Of a stretch of DNA of 64,000 bases, positions 1 to 8,785 are shown piece after piece. Each line of letters begins with the position of its first letter. Position 1 is the first letter of the stretch. Position numbers and translations under genes: made by a program. The notes under the pieces are model-generated. The model ran no database searches. It worked only from the letters and a program-made list of their open reading frames with translations, and was not told where the DNA came from. The stretch comes from an uncultured bacterium. GTDB taxonomy: Bacteria > Patescibacteriota > Dojkabacteria > J137. The DNA lies in the NCBI GenBank assembly GCA_963700155.1, contig OY969472.1, positions 253,511-317,510 on the forward strand, written 5' to 3'.

Positions 1-622
1 ATTCTCCACCCTTTTTGCCAGCACCTGCTGCGAATTCTCCTATTAAATATTCATAAGCATCACCAAGAAGATCACTCTTTGGGTTTTTAATATCAAAATC
101 AATATCACTTAAAAGTGTTAATACCTGAACAATTGTTTCATTCTTCTTGTTTTCGCTATTTCCTAGTTTTGAGGAAGTTAAATCAACATCATCAAACAAA
201 CCTTTGAAATCATCTTCACTAGCCGTTCCCATTGATGTCTGCTCAATACTGTTTAAAACATTTTTTAAATCTTCAAGAATAAATGAATCTTTTACTTCAT
301 CTCCTTTGTTACCTTTTAGAACGATATATGAAAAAAGTTCAGTTGGTTTTAGAAAGAATCCTAAATGGTTTAAACAAGCTTTTTTAATTTCTTCTAGAGT
401 TTCATAACCTTCTTTTGTTAGTTCATTAATTTCTGAGAATTTAAAATCATCATTCGCAAGAAGTTTTTCGTTAACGTAATCTTGTAGTTTTTCTGAAAGA
501 TATTTATAGAAAATAAAGCCAAGAATATAGTTTTTATATTCATCTGCATTCATTTTGCCGCGTAGAGTGTTTGCTACAGCCCAAAGCTGTTTTTCTAGGA
601 GTCTTTTTAAGTCTTCTGACAT
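1..622 (-). CDS. hsdM: Type I restriction-modification DNA methyltransferase subunit M (HsdM), N-terminal part; ORF continues beyond window start
   Basis: Minus-strand translation from ATG at 622 gives MSEDLKRLLEKQLWAVANTLRGKMNADEYKNYILGFIFYKYLSEK...LLGDAYEYLIGEFAAGAGKKGGE with no stop to position 1. This is the HsdM N-terminal domain followed by the hallmark GDAYEYLI..FA...GKKGGEF motif. Absent from the ORF track because it is truncated by the window edge. Confidence 0.8.
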   Translation of the reverse strand, partial: MSEDLKRLLEKQLWAVANTLRGKMNADEYKNYILGFIFYKYLSEKLQDYVNEKLLANDDFKFSEINELTKEGYETLEEIKKACLNHLGFFLKPTELFSYIVLKGNKGDEVKDSFILEDLKNVLNSIEQTSMGTASEDDFKGLFDDVDLTSSKLGNSENKKNETIVQVLTLLSDIDFDIKNPKSDLLGDAYEYLIGEFAAGAGKKGGE

Positions 623-939
623 AGTTATATTTAGTTGAAATAATGATTTATTTATTGGATTAATTTTAGCATTAATAATCAAATCGAAGTAACACAGAAT
701 ATTATTTCAACTTTTGACAGACAGAACATTTAATCTGTTTAATAAGCATTTATATTTGCATTCTGAGGAAAAATATCCCAGTTTGTACCTTCAATATCAT
801 GTGTCCTACAAAAAAATCTATCATCACCAGTGTTATGATAAATATCACCTCCTTCTACACATTCGATTACAAATACAGCTAAATAACCACTATTTTAAAA
901 ATTAATTGTAAACTTTCTTATTAAGTACTATATTATTTT

Positions 940-1524
940 ATGCAGAAATTTTTTACTCCTAAAATACTGACCGCCGGAGCTTTGGTTTTAATTTCTTTTG
1001 TACTATTCGCAATCACAATTTATAGCATTTACCAATTTAACCAGTTAAATAGCAAAATTAATACATTAACAGCAACAAATACCACTGCTGATACGAATAC
1101 TCAGACCAATCAAACAAACACTCAATCTGAAGGAACTAATACCGATAATTTTTTAACAACTGATCAGTTATTTAGTGATGATGTAATAAAAGAACTTCAA
1201 AGTAAATTAAGTGCAGATTCAGTTGTTCAGACTGGACCAAAAGGTGATAAAGGAGACGCTGGAGCCAGTGGATTAATTACAGAACTTAAAAGATTCGATG
1301 ACTCTGCTAATGTTGGACCAAATTCAACAGGATCAGCTAATGCATCTTGTGATTCAGGGTGGTCATTGCTTTCTGGAGGTTGCAGGATTCAAGGATTTGT
1401 TCCTCCAGCAGATGTTGCAATTACAAATACTTATCCAGCAGGGTCAACTTGGTTTTGTGATGCTGTAAATAATGATGGCTCACAAACAATCAATCTTCAG
1501 AGTGCTGTAATCTGTTACAAGTAA
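940..1524 (+). CDS. Hypothetical membrane-anchored protein with short collagen-like G-x-x run (GPKGDKGDAGASG) and Cys-containing C-terminal domain
   Basis: N-terminal hydrophobic helix (LTAGALVLISFVLFAITIY), T/N-rich linker, Gly-X-Y triplets, C-terminal CDSGWSLLSGGC...FCD...ICYK. No confident family assignment. Confidence 0.4.
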   Translation: MQKFFTPKILTAGALVLISFVLFAITIYSIYQFNQLNSKINTLTATNTTADTNTQTNQTNTQSEGTNTDNFLTTDQLFSDDVIKELQSKLSADSVVQTGPKGDKGDAGASGLITELKRFDDSANVGPNSTGSANASCDSGWSLLSGGCRIQGFVPPADVAITNTYPAGSTWFCDAVNNDGSQTINLQSAVICYK

Positions 1525-1582
1525 AGTAATTTCAAAGATAAAATTTGTGCTATTATTACCTCATATTTTATAAATAAAAATA

Positions 1583-2092
1583 ATGATAAACAAATTTGAT
1601 TTAAAAAATATGCTTGGAGATGAAAACGAGGTTGAATATCTTTCAGGCAGATTAGAAAATTATATTAAACTGGCAGATAGTTATTTTCACTCCCATAATA
1701 TTACTTTTATTGGAACTTTAGGTGTTGAAACTACTCTCGGAGATTTCATGCTTGACTTTGCAGATGGAAAGAAACCCCTTGTTAATTGGCAAGAAAATCA
1801 AGATTCTGAAGTACAAATGAACTTAAACAGACTCTATGACGTACTTCAATTAATACTTGATGCAAAAGAATCCTTTGACGATAAAAATTTAGAAGACTAT
1901 AGAAAAATATTAAATAGTCTTCAATATTTTATTATGGAAGGAATAAATTGGTATATATATCATCAAGATAAAATTTTTTATAACGAAATCCAAGGTGGTG
2001 AAACTAAAGTAGAACCTGATAAAGGACTAAATGCTTTTGAAGACTTTATAAATAACAAATTAGACCTTTCAGGTCTTGATGAAGAATCTTAA
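1583..2092 (+). CDS. Hypothetical acidic protein
   Basis: 169-aa ORF, AT-rich codon usage consistent with neighbours; no recognisable motif. Confidence 0.4.
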   Translation: MINKFDLKNMLGDENEVEYLSGRLENYIKLADSYFHSHNITFIGTLGVETTLGDFMLDFADGKKPLVNWQENQDSEVQMNLNRLYDVLQLILDAKESFDDKNLEDYRKILNSLQYFIMEGINWYIYHQDKIFYNEIQGGETKVEPDKGLNAFEDFINNKLDLSGLDEES

Positions 2093-2104
2093 ATAGAATA
2101 AATT

Positions 2105-2512
2105 CTACATTCCAGCTTGTGATTTAATCTCTTTTAAAGCTTGGAAAAAAGCTGTACTAGTTAGTGATGACCCATTAATAGCAGTTTCATCAAACTGATC
2201 TTTTATAGATTTTCCAACCACCCTATCTTTAGCAGCAATTTGAAATGTCTCTTGATAAGTACTTATTTCTCCTGTACTCATCTTATCTGTCAATGCAAGA
2301 TCTTTTATTGTATCTCCTTGAAGAGTAACACTAAGATCAAGGACTTTTGATTCATTTTTAGGAGCGTCATAAGCTGCACTAGACTCGTATGTTGTAAGTG
2401 CTGGGTTATTTGCATTGTAAATAATAACCCCTGTTACTAAAACTATTAGAGCAATTACTACACCTGTAGTAAGCATTAAGGTGTGCTCCTTCATATCTTT
2501 AAGGAACATCAT
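2105..2512 (-). CDS. Hypothetical membrane-anchored protein
   Basis: N-terminal TM helix (LTTGVVIALIVLVTGVIIY) followed by soluble S/T-rich domain. Confidence 0.45.
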   Translation of the reverse strand: MMFLKDMKEHTLMLTTGVVIALIVLVTGVIIYNANNPALTTYESSAAYDAPKNESKVLDLSVTLQGDTIKDLALTDKMSTGEISTYQETFQIAAKDRVVGKSIKDQFDETAINGSSLTSTAFFQALKEIKSQAGM

Positions 2513-2621
2513 AATAAAAATTTAAAAATTAGAATAAATGGACGTTTGCTGTTTATGATAATATTATCGGATTTTTAACAAGGTTTCTACTAATAATAGT
2601 TTAATTGTATAATCCTTTGCT

Positions 2622-2888
2622 ATGGAATCTTCCGAAAATTTAAAAACAAATAAAACCATTGAAGCTATCGAGGAAATTAATATAGAAATTCGTAAAGAGG
2701 CGAAATCATTAATAAAGAGTCTTTTTAAGATAAGAGGTGGATCTGATAACTTTACTGATCATATCCAAATCTATAGACAAAGATTTGTTGCCAAGATGAT
2801 GGATAAATATTATCTAACTAGTGATGGTTTAGATGTTACTGATTTCGCGAAAGTTTTTGATGAAGAACTAGAAAAATATTCTGAATAA
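2622..2888 (+). CDS. Hypothetical small protein
   Basis: 88-aa ORF in intergenic gap; charged, no motif. Confidence 0.3.
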   Translation: MESSENLKTNKTIEAIEEINIEIRKEAKSLIKSLFKIRGGSDNFTDHIQIYRQRFVAKMMDKYYLTSDGLDVTDFAKVFDEELEKYSE

Positions 2889-2899
2889 AGTTTAACTTC

Positions 2900-3391
2900 C
2901 TATTTTTTTTTTGAAATTCGTGATTCATAATCGTCAAAAGTTCTATCGAATATATACTTAGCCATTCGAATCAAACCAACTGCTCCATCTCTCAATTTTT
3001 CTATATCTTCCTCGCAAAAAGTTTTTATAGTTCTGCCATAATTATTATTCATTCTTATTAAGCCTTCCATTTCACCGGATTTTAATACTGCTAAAAGTCT
3101 TTCAGCATTCTCAATTCCTCTGATTGCTGAAATAATTGGTGTTAAAACTAATTCTACTTCAGCAAATTCACTACTCCCAAGTTCTTCAACTGGTATATTT
3201 ATAGGCTTTAAAGAATTCCCATTTATTAATACTGTTTCTCTAAAGATAACTACTTTTTCAAAAATATCTATAAAGTCACCGATTTTTTTATATTCTTCAG
3301 GAGTTGGATGTAATTTGGTTTCAAAGTAACTGCGTTCAGTAACAGACATTTTAAATGCATGAAATTCTTCCGGTTTTGGGTCGTTATTCAT
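2900..3391 (-). CDS. Hypothetical protein
   Basis: 163-aa ORF; no family recognised by eye. Confidence 0.4.
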   Translation of the reverse strand: MNNDPKPEEFHAFKMSVTERSYFETKLHPTPEEYKKIGDFIDIFEKVVIFRETVLINGNSLKPINIPVEELGSSEFAEVELVLTPIISAIRGIENAERLLAVLKSGEMEGLIRMNNNYGRTIKTFCEEDIEKLRDGAVGLIRMAKYIFDRTFDDYESRISKKK

Positions 3392-3440
3392 AAATTATAT
3401 ATAATTATTATGCATTTATTATATCAATTTAGTGTTATTT

Positions 3441-4382
3441 TTAGAACTCTTTTGGAAGTTTGGTGGCGAAAATTTTGATTTCTTCTGATTTGTAAAGTTT
3501 TAATTTTAATGAATATGCATGAAGCATTAATCTAGAGAAATTTTCGCCGCCATACAATTCATCTCCAAGAATCGGGAATCCAATACCTTTCAGATGCACC
3601 CTAATTTGATGAGTTCTTCCTGTTGCTGGAATTATTTTTAATAGAGAGTATTTTTTCTTCTTCTTCACCGGATGCTCCCAATGCTTTTCAAAATAAAACC
3701 TTGTTCTTGCCGGTAGACCTTTCTGTTGAGAAGTATTCATAAATTCTTTTCGATTTAAATTAGATCTCCCAATATAGGTGAATACTTCAAAAAACTCTTT
3801 ATCAGTTTTAGATCTTAAATATTCTTCAAAATCTCCGCTAACAACTGCATAATATGTTTTTTCAACTTCTCTATTCTCAAATTCTTTTGAATAATACTCA
3901 TGAGCTTCTTTATCTTTCGAAAATAAAATTACACCAGAAGTATCTTTGTCTAATCTATGAATCGGTCTTATTCGATTAACAGTTCCATTATTATTTTTAT
4001 TCATTTCGTAATATAAAAGCCCGTTCATCAAAGTATCATCAGTATGTGAAGTTACAGGATGTACAACAATTCCGGTTTTTTTATTTACAACAATCAAAAA
4101 CTCATCTTCATAAATAATTTCAAGATCCATTTTTACTGGTTTTATTTTTGAGAACTCATTTTCATTAAGCATTTTATGGGATTTTTGAAGGTCAATCTCG
4201 ACTTTCATGCCATTTGAAACTCTAAAATTTGGTTTTACTTTTTGACCATCAACCTTCAAAAATCCCTCCATAATTATCTTTTTTGCAGTTGTCCTTGTTA
4301 ACTCAGGTATCTGGGAAAGAAGATATAAGTCTACTCTTGTTTGATTGCTTAGCATTTCTACTAAAAATGTTTTAGAATTCAA
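3441..4382 (-). CDS. RluA-family 23S rRNA pseudouridine synthase (RluD-like) with N-terminal S4 RNA-binding domain
   Basis: S4-like N-terminus (RVDLYLLSQIPELTRTTAKKIIMEGFLKVDGQKVKPNFRV), catalytic motif HRLDKDTSGVILFSKD, and C-terminal GRTHQIRVHL typical of RluA/RluD family. Confidence 0.85.
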   Translation of the reverse strand: MNSKTFLVEMLSNQTRVDLYLLSQIPELTRTTAKKIIMEGFLKVDGQKVKPNFRVSNGMKVEIDLQKSHKMLNENEFSKIKPVKMDLEIIYEDEFLIVVNKKTGIVVHPVTSHTDDTLMNGLLYYEMNKNNNGTVNRIRPIHRLDKDTSGVILFSKDKEAHEYYSKEFENREVEKTYYAVVSGDFEEYLRSKTDKEFFEVFTYIGRSNLNRKEFMNTSQQKGLPARTRFYFEKHWEHPVKKKKKYSLLKIIPATGRTHQIRVHLKGIGFPILGDELYGGENFSRLMLHAYSLKLKLYKSEEIKIFATKLPKEF

Positions 4383-4407
4383 TAACCTTAGTTAATAATT
4401 TAATTTT

Positions 4408-5163
4408 ATGAATTTAGCAGTCTCGGGCTGGAATGGCGCCGGAACCTCTTCACTCAGTTTAATTTTAGCAAAAACATTCAATTTAAAGTTGATTCAGGCT
4501 ACACAAACCTTTAGATTTTTGGGTGAAAAGCTTAATTACCAAGACCAAGGTGAAGGAAGAATTGATGCAGATGAATTTTTAGAAGATTACTGGGGTCCAA
4601 TAATGGATGATTATACTGATTCTCTTTTAACAACATCTGATAATATAATTTTAGAAAGTGATACTGCAGCATTGAGAATCGGCAAGATAAAAAATCTATT
4701 TTCAGTGTTCCTTTATGCCGATTCTCAAACAAGACTTAAGAGATTGGATATTGATAATCGCCCAAAAGATGCAGATCTTTTAGCTCAAAGAGATGCTATG
4801 CTAAGGGAAAAATATCAAAAAATTTCTGGAGTTGACTGGATGAATGTTCAAGCACTAAAAACTAAATATAATCTAGTTCTTGATAATTCTCACCTAAATA
4901 TTTCTCCCGAACTTTTTGCAGTTTACAAAGGTCTCTATAAGAGTAAATTAATTTCGAGATCTGATTATGAACGATATGAAAATTTTGCTCAAGATGAAGA
5001 GATTAATTTCTGGGAAAAAGGAAAAGATTGGTACTTAGATTATATAAAAGATAAAAATGATTACACTGAACCACAGGTATTAATAAAAGCAATACGAGAG
5101 AAATATAAAGATAAAATTCAGGATTTTCCTTCTCAACTAAAATCGGTAATTTTTGATGTCTAA
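4408..5163 (+). CDS. Nucleoside-monophosphate-kinase-like (cytidylate kinase family?) protein with degenerate P-loop
   Basis: N-terminus AVSGWNGAGTSS occupies the position of a Walker A loop but lacks the GK[ST] lysine. Overall layout loosely resembles cytidylate kinase-like proteins. Weak call. Confidence 0.3.
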   Translation: MNLAVSGWNGAGTSSLSLILAKTFNLKLIQATQTFRFLGEKLNYQDQGEGRIDADEFLEDYWGPIMDDYTDSLLTTSDNIILESDTAALRIGKIKNLFSVFLYADSQTRLKRLDIDNRPKDADLLAQRDAMLREKYQKISGVDWMNVQALKTKYNLVLDNSHLNISPELFAVYKGLYKSKLISRSDYERYENFAQDEEINFWEKGKDWYLDYIKDKNDYTEPQVLIKAIREKYKDKIQDFPSQLKSVIFDV

Positions 5164-5223
5164 GTTTAAAGTATTTACCCATTTGAATTTTCGTAATAGG
5201 AGTGATATTATATCGCTACGATT

Positions 5224-5703
5224 ATGAAAAGTAAGAAAAAGGGAAAAAATAAAGTTACTTTGCTACTGATTCTTCTAGTGATTATTGGCATTTTCGCAGT
5301 ACTAGCTTCAAGTAAGCTTATAAGGATTCAAGTAAATTCAGAGACAATAGACGGAGACGTTGTTACTTCAAACTTTATTGATACAACACAAGATTCTAAA
5401 GTTGTTAACCTTAGCGAGATAAAAAACAGCAAACAAAAGAATGTAATATTATTTACTGCAAGTTGGTGTGGTTCATGTAGCAGATTAGTTGATGATTTAA
5501 AAGCTGACTCAATAATTTATCCTAATATTACTATGTATGTTTTTGATCTTGAAACATATAGAGATACAGCAAATGAACTTAATGTTCCTATTACTCCAAC
5601 ACTAGTCCTTCTTGAAAATGGAAAGACTAAAAACTATCCTGAGATTGGAATTAATAACCTTCCAACAATATTAAGCGACTTCAATAGATTAGGCATTCGA
5701 TAA
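5224..5703 (+). CDS. Membrane-anchored thioredoxin-fold protein (WCGSC active-site motif)
   Basis: N-terminal K-rich plus TM anchor, then NVILFTASWCGSCSRLVDDL, a CxxC motif in thioredoxin/TlpA-like context. Confidence 0.65.
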   Translation: MKSKKKGKNKVTLLLILLVIIGIFAVLASSKLIRIQVNSETIDGDVVTSNFIDTTQDSKVVNLSEIKNSKQKNVILFTASWCGSCSRLVDDLKADSIIYPNITMYVFDLETYRDTANELNVPITPTLVLLENGKTKNYPEIGINNLPTILSDFNRLGIR

Positions 5704-5752
5704 CTCTTTAATTTAAAGTATACTATTATTAAATATTTCTAAGTTTATTCGC

Positions 5753-6400
5753 ATGTACATAGGAGTTTTAATTTACGCACTACTTTTTATAATTCAATTT
5801 TCATTATCTTTGTATAGCTGGCAAGCAAGGGGAAAATTAAAATTAAAATATTCAAAGATCCTAGGCTCAATGATTGAAGTTGAAAAAACGATTGAAAAAA
5901 TAATTAACTTAAATAATAAATTTAAAGCCAAAGTAACATATGTATTTGAAGGTTCTGCTAAAGCTGGGGATAGGATGCTTTATGTAAACAAGGAATCAAT
6001 GTATAAGAATGATTTATTAAGCAATTATTTTTTGCTTTTTGAATATTTTTTGACTAATAAAAATGGAAGAATTGCAAGAAATTTTAGATCATATCAGAAT
6101 ATATTATTTTTTATGCAGTTTTTGCTTTTTATTGCAGGGTTAATATTGAATAGCAATATAGGTTTAATTCTTATTTTTTTAGGAATTAGTTTAGAAATTA
6201 CTTTGATCATTACTTCAATTTTTGTTTACTACTTTTCTTCAGTTCTAGAAAAGAATCTTCAGCAGGCAGCGGTCGTAATTTTAGAACTTGATAATGTAGA
6301 GGAAGCCAGAGCAGATAGACTAAAGAAAGATTTATTATTAAGATTTTTTGAATATCCAATAACTCCAATCTGGGGATTATTCCAGTTTCTAAAGCCATAA
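5753..6400 (+). CDS. Hypothetical integral membrane protein
   Basis: Multiple hydrophobic segments (N-terminal and FMQFLLFIAGLILNSNIGLILIFLGISLEITLIITSIFVYYF). No family recognised. Confidence 0.45.
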   Translation: MYIGVLIYALLFIIQFSLSLYSWQARGKLKLKYSKILGSMIEVEKTIEKIINLNNKFKAKVTYVFEGSAKAGDRMLYVNKESMYKNDLLSNYFLLFEYFLTNKNGRIARNFRSYQNILFFMQFLLFIAGLILNSNIGLILIFLGISLEITLIITSIFVYYFSSVLEKNLQQAAVVILELDNVEEARADRLKKDLLLRFFEYPITPIWGLFQFLKP

Positions 6401-6401
6401 A

Positions 6402-6752
6402 AAGCGGGTCTAGTTAATAAGCCGGATTCTGTATAACGAGAATCATTTATCTATGCCCTTTTTAAAAGGTTGCTCCTGGCGAGGGGTTGCCAATCATATA
6501 AATTACTCTATATGATAGTGAGCTCTTACCTCACTTTTTCACCCTTACTCTGTAAAATTGCAATTGCTGAAATCTTGCAGAGCGGTTTATTTTCTGTTGC
6601 CCTTTTCTCCCTAAGATTGCTCCCAGCCGATCCTTCGATAAACTTAGTATTTAAGAAAATACCAAATAAACGAGTTCGCGGTGCCATTTTAATGGAGTCC
6701 GGACTTTCCTCTAAATCTTTAAAAGACTTAGCGATTCTCTTAACTAGACCCA
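6402..6752 (-). ncRNA. rnpB: RNase P RNA (bacterial type A), rnpB
   Basis: Minus-strand sequence contains the universally conserved blocks GAGGAAAGUCCGGACUCCA (P4 5' strand), GGGCAACAGAAAAUAAACCGC, GUAAGGGUGAAAAAGUGAGGUAAGAGCUCAC and ACAGAAUCCGGCUUAUUAACUAGACCC (P4 3' strand / P1). The P1 helix GGGUCUAGUUAA pairs with UUAACUAGACCC. A TATAAT box lies 5 nt upstream. Local GC is elevated relative to the flanks. Confidence 0.9.
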
Positions 6753-6755
6753 CTA

Positions 6756-6761
6756 TATTAT
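6756..6761 (-). promoter_or_regulatory. -10 box (TATAAT) for rnpB
   Basis: Plus-strand ATTATA at 6756-6761 gives TATAAT on the minus strand about 5-6 nt upstream of the predicted RNase P RNA 5' end. Confidence 0.4.
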
Positions 6762-6777
6762 ACCATTTTTAAGAAAT

Positions 6778-7068
6778 TTAAGCTTCTCTGGCAAATAAAT
6801 TCATTTCTAAAGTAACTCTTTCTATCTCATCAATCAAATATTCATGAAGAACAGTTTCAACCTCCTCTCTAGTAATATCGAATTCTGAACCATCTCTAAA
6901 TAGCCTTAATACTTCTTCAACAACTATATCAGTATCAACTTCAATACCTGCATTTGTTAATAATCTATAAACCTCATCAACTCGTGACTTTATTAAACTA
7001 TCTGTATCTAAATCAGCATTAGATTTCATCACTTGTTCCATTGGATTCGGTTGTCTTAAGTCTGTCAT
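6778..7068 (-). CDS. Hypothetical acidic protein
   Basis: 96-aa ORF, D/E-rich; no motif recognised. Confidence 0.4.
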   Translation of the reverse strand: MTDLRQPNPMEQVMKSNADLDTDSLIKSRVDEVYRLLTNAGIEVDTDIVVEEVLRLFRDGSEFDITREEVETVLHEYLIDEIERVTLEMNLFAREA

Positions 7069-7241
7069 AAAAGTTTAGTAATATGTAGTTCAAAAATTTT
7101 ACGTATACAAAGATGAAATGTCAAAAACTTAATTCCTTTATTTTAAAATTAATAGTCTAAGATATAGCTTCATATACTTTTTTAGGGATTTATTGTACTG
7201 GTATCTAAGAATTGTCGACTATGCCTTTTTTTAGTATTTTC

Positions 7242-7275
7242 AAGTTGCCCAAATTGGTACCAATTTGGGCAACTT
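7242..7275. repeat. 34-bp perfect palindrome (AAGTTGCCCAAATTGGTACCAATTTGGGCAACTT), candidate operator
   Basis: Exact dyad symmetry centred on GGTACC. A third TTTGGGCAAT half-site copy lies at about 7296-7307. Located in the divergent intergenic region between 6778..7068(-) and the RHH-like gene 7445..7726(+). Confidence 0.55.
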
Positions 7276-7444
7276 TTGGTATATTTTTGGTCAGGTTTTG
7301 GGCAATCTAGAAAACAGGGAAAAAGGATAACCACCAGACTTTTGAAAAATGTAAATATATCAACCATTTAAATCAAATTAAAAAACATAAATTTTGTAAT
7401 GTGATACATTTTTTAAGTCAAACTAAAATGCTAGAATCCCTTTC

Positions 7445-7726
7445 ATGAAAGAAAAATTAATTTCAAAACATATAAGACTTTCGGCAGATGTTTTAAATCA
7501 ATTAAATAAAGAAGCTGATTTCTACGGATATAAATTAAACCAGTGGATAAGATATATTTTGACTAACAGAGCTTTTGATTTATCAATAAAAACAACTTCA
7601 GAAAGGCAGCTAGCAAGAAAAATGGTAAAAATTTTAAAGTATACTCCTCAAGAAAAAAGGCCTCCCTTAAGAAATATCGGTGAAATTGATGATTTTATAG
7701 ATAGATTGAAAAAGGATTTAGATTAA
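7445..7726 (+). CDS. Small ribbon-helix-helix (CopG/Arc-like) putative DNA-binding protein
   Basis: N-terminus KHIRLSADVLNQLNKEADFYGYKLNQWIRYIL fits the beta-strand/helix/helix RHH pattern. Weak, pattern-based. Confidence 0.35.
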   Translation: MKEKLISKHIRLSADVLNQLNKEADFYGYKLNQWIRYILTNRAFDLSIKTTSERQLARKMVKILKYTPQEKRPPLRNIGEIDDFIDRLKKDLD

Positions 7727-7740
7727 TTGGGTATTAATAA

Positions 7741-8046
7741 TTATTTGCCTTTTTTCTTATTAAGATATGGGAAAATAACTAAAATATCATCTTCATTTTT
7801 TGAATTTGTTTTTGCTTCGATCTCAAGGTAACTTACACAAATATCGTGTATCTGCTCTATTGTAATCTTGATATTCATCAATCTACAGTGCTCTAAAATT
7901 TGTTTTTCAAGAAAATCTAGATCGTATGATACTTCTAATAGCTTTGAATGTTGTATTACTTGATTTAAAAGTGTCTGAATGTGTAAAGAAAGTGACTGTT
8001 TATCAAAAAGTGGCTCAAATTCTACATTAAATGAATCAAAACTCAT
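7741..8046 (-). CDS. Hypothetical protein
   Basis: 101-aa ORF co-oriented with recX downstream; no motif. Confidence 0.4.
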   Translation of the reverse strand: MSFDSFNVEFEPLFDKQSLSLHIQTLLNQVIQHSKLLEVSYDLDFLEKQILEHCRLMNIKITIEQIHDICVSYLEIEAKTNSKNEDDILVIFPYLNKKKGK

Positions 8047-8066
8047 TATATAAAAATAATAAATAT

Positions 8067-8699
8067 TTAAAATATATCTTTTAATACTTTTGAAATATCA
8101 GAGTATTTAAATCCGCGCGAGAGAAGTTTCTGAGTTAATTTTTGTCTACGCTCAAAGTCAGAATCTGCTTTTATTCCAGGTAGGGATTTCTTCACAAAAG
8201 CGTTAATCTTTTCTAAGATCTCTGGTTTAGATTCTTCGTTAATAAAACGCTTTAAGACTTCTCTCGCGCGGCTGGAACTTATTCCTTTTGACAATAATTC
8301 TGAATAAATCTTATTCTCTCCATGAGCTCCAAAATCCATTCTATTTTGTATATACCATTCAGTAAATTTCTCATCATCCAAGAATCCTTTCTCTTTTAAG
8401 ACTTGGATCATCCTTAACGCATCCTCCTGTAGCAAATTTCTTCTATATAATAAATACTCTCTCATCTCTTTTTCTGATCTGGGGCGAACAATCGTATAAT
8501 TTATTGCTTTTTCTAAAACTTTATTAAAACCTGCAGCTTTTTCAACTTCTTTTTTTTCTTCTGGACTAATCTCTTTTCCTTTAAAAAGTCCTAACAATAA
8601 TAAATCGTTTTTATCTAAACCAATCCAAAATTCTTCATCAAGAAAAATATTTACCCTAGACTCTCTTTTTTTCGCTTGTTCAATTTTAGTAATTACCAT
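8067..8699 (-). CDS. recX: RecX family regulatory protein (RecA regulator)
   Basis: Three-fold helical repeat pattern with ALRMIQVLKEKGFLDDEKFTEWYIQNRMDFGAHGENKIYSELLSKGISSSRAREVL and C-terminal RQKLTQKLLSRGFKYSDI, typical of RecX. Confidence 0.65.
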   Translation of the reverse strand: MVITKIEQAKKRESRVNIFLDEEFWIGLDKNDLLLLGLFKGKEISPEEKKEVEKAAGFNKVLEKAINYTIVRPRSEKEMREYLLYRRNLLQEDALRMIQVLKEKGFLDDEKFTEWYIQNRMDFGAHGENKIYSELLSKGISSSRAREVLKRFINEESKPEILEKINAFVKKSLPGIKADSDFERRQKLTQKLLSRGFKYSDISKVLKDIF

Positions 8700-8785
8700 A
8701 AATTGATTATAACCTAAGAACTCTAAGCAAAAGATCTTTAATTAGTTTAAAATGTATTTAGATATAAACTTTTAGCTACATTCCT

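Noticed and set aside
147-905. ORFs 147..407(+) and 714..905(+)
   Set aside because: 147..407 lies antisense inside the hsdM coding region. 714..905 sits in the AT-rich spacer with no RBS and biased His/Tyr/Leu composition. Both are likely spurious.
6470-6772. ORFs 6470..6772(+) and 6526..6753(-) from the six-frame track
   Set aside because: Both lie entirely within the RNase P RNA gene, whose conserved structural blocks explain the sequence. They are not protein-coding.
7182-7367. 61-aa minus-strand ORF
   Set aside because: It overlaps the perfect 34-bp palindrome in a divergent promoter region, has no RBS, and has low-complexity composition. It is most likely non-coding.
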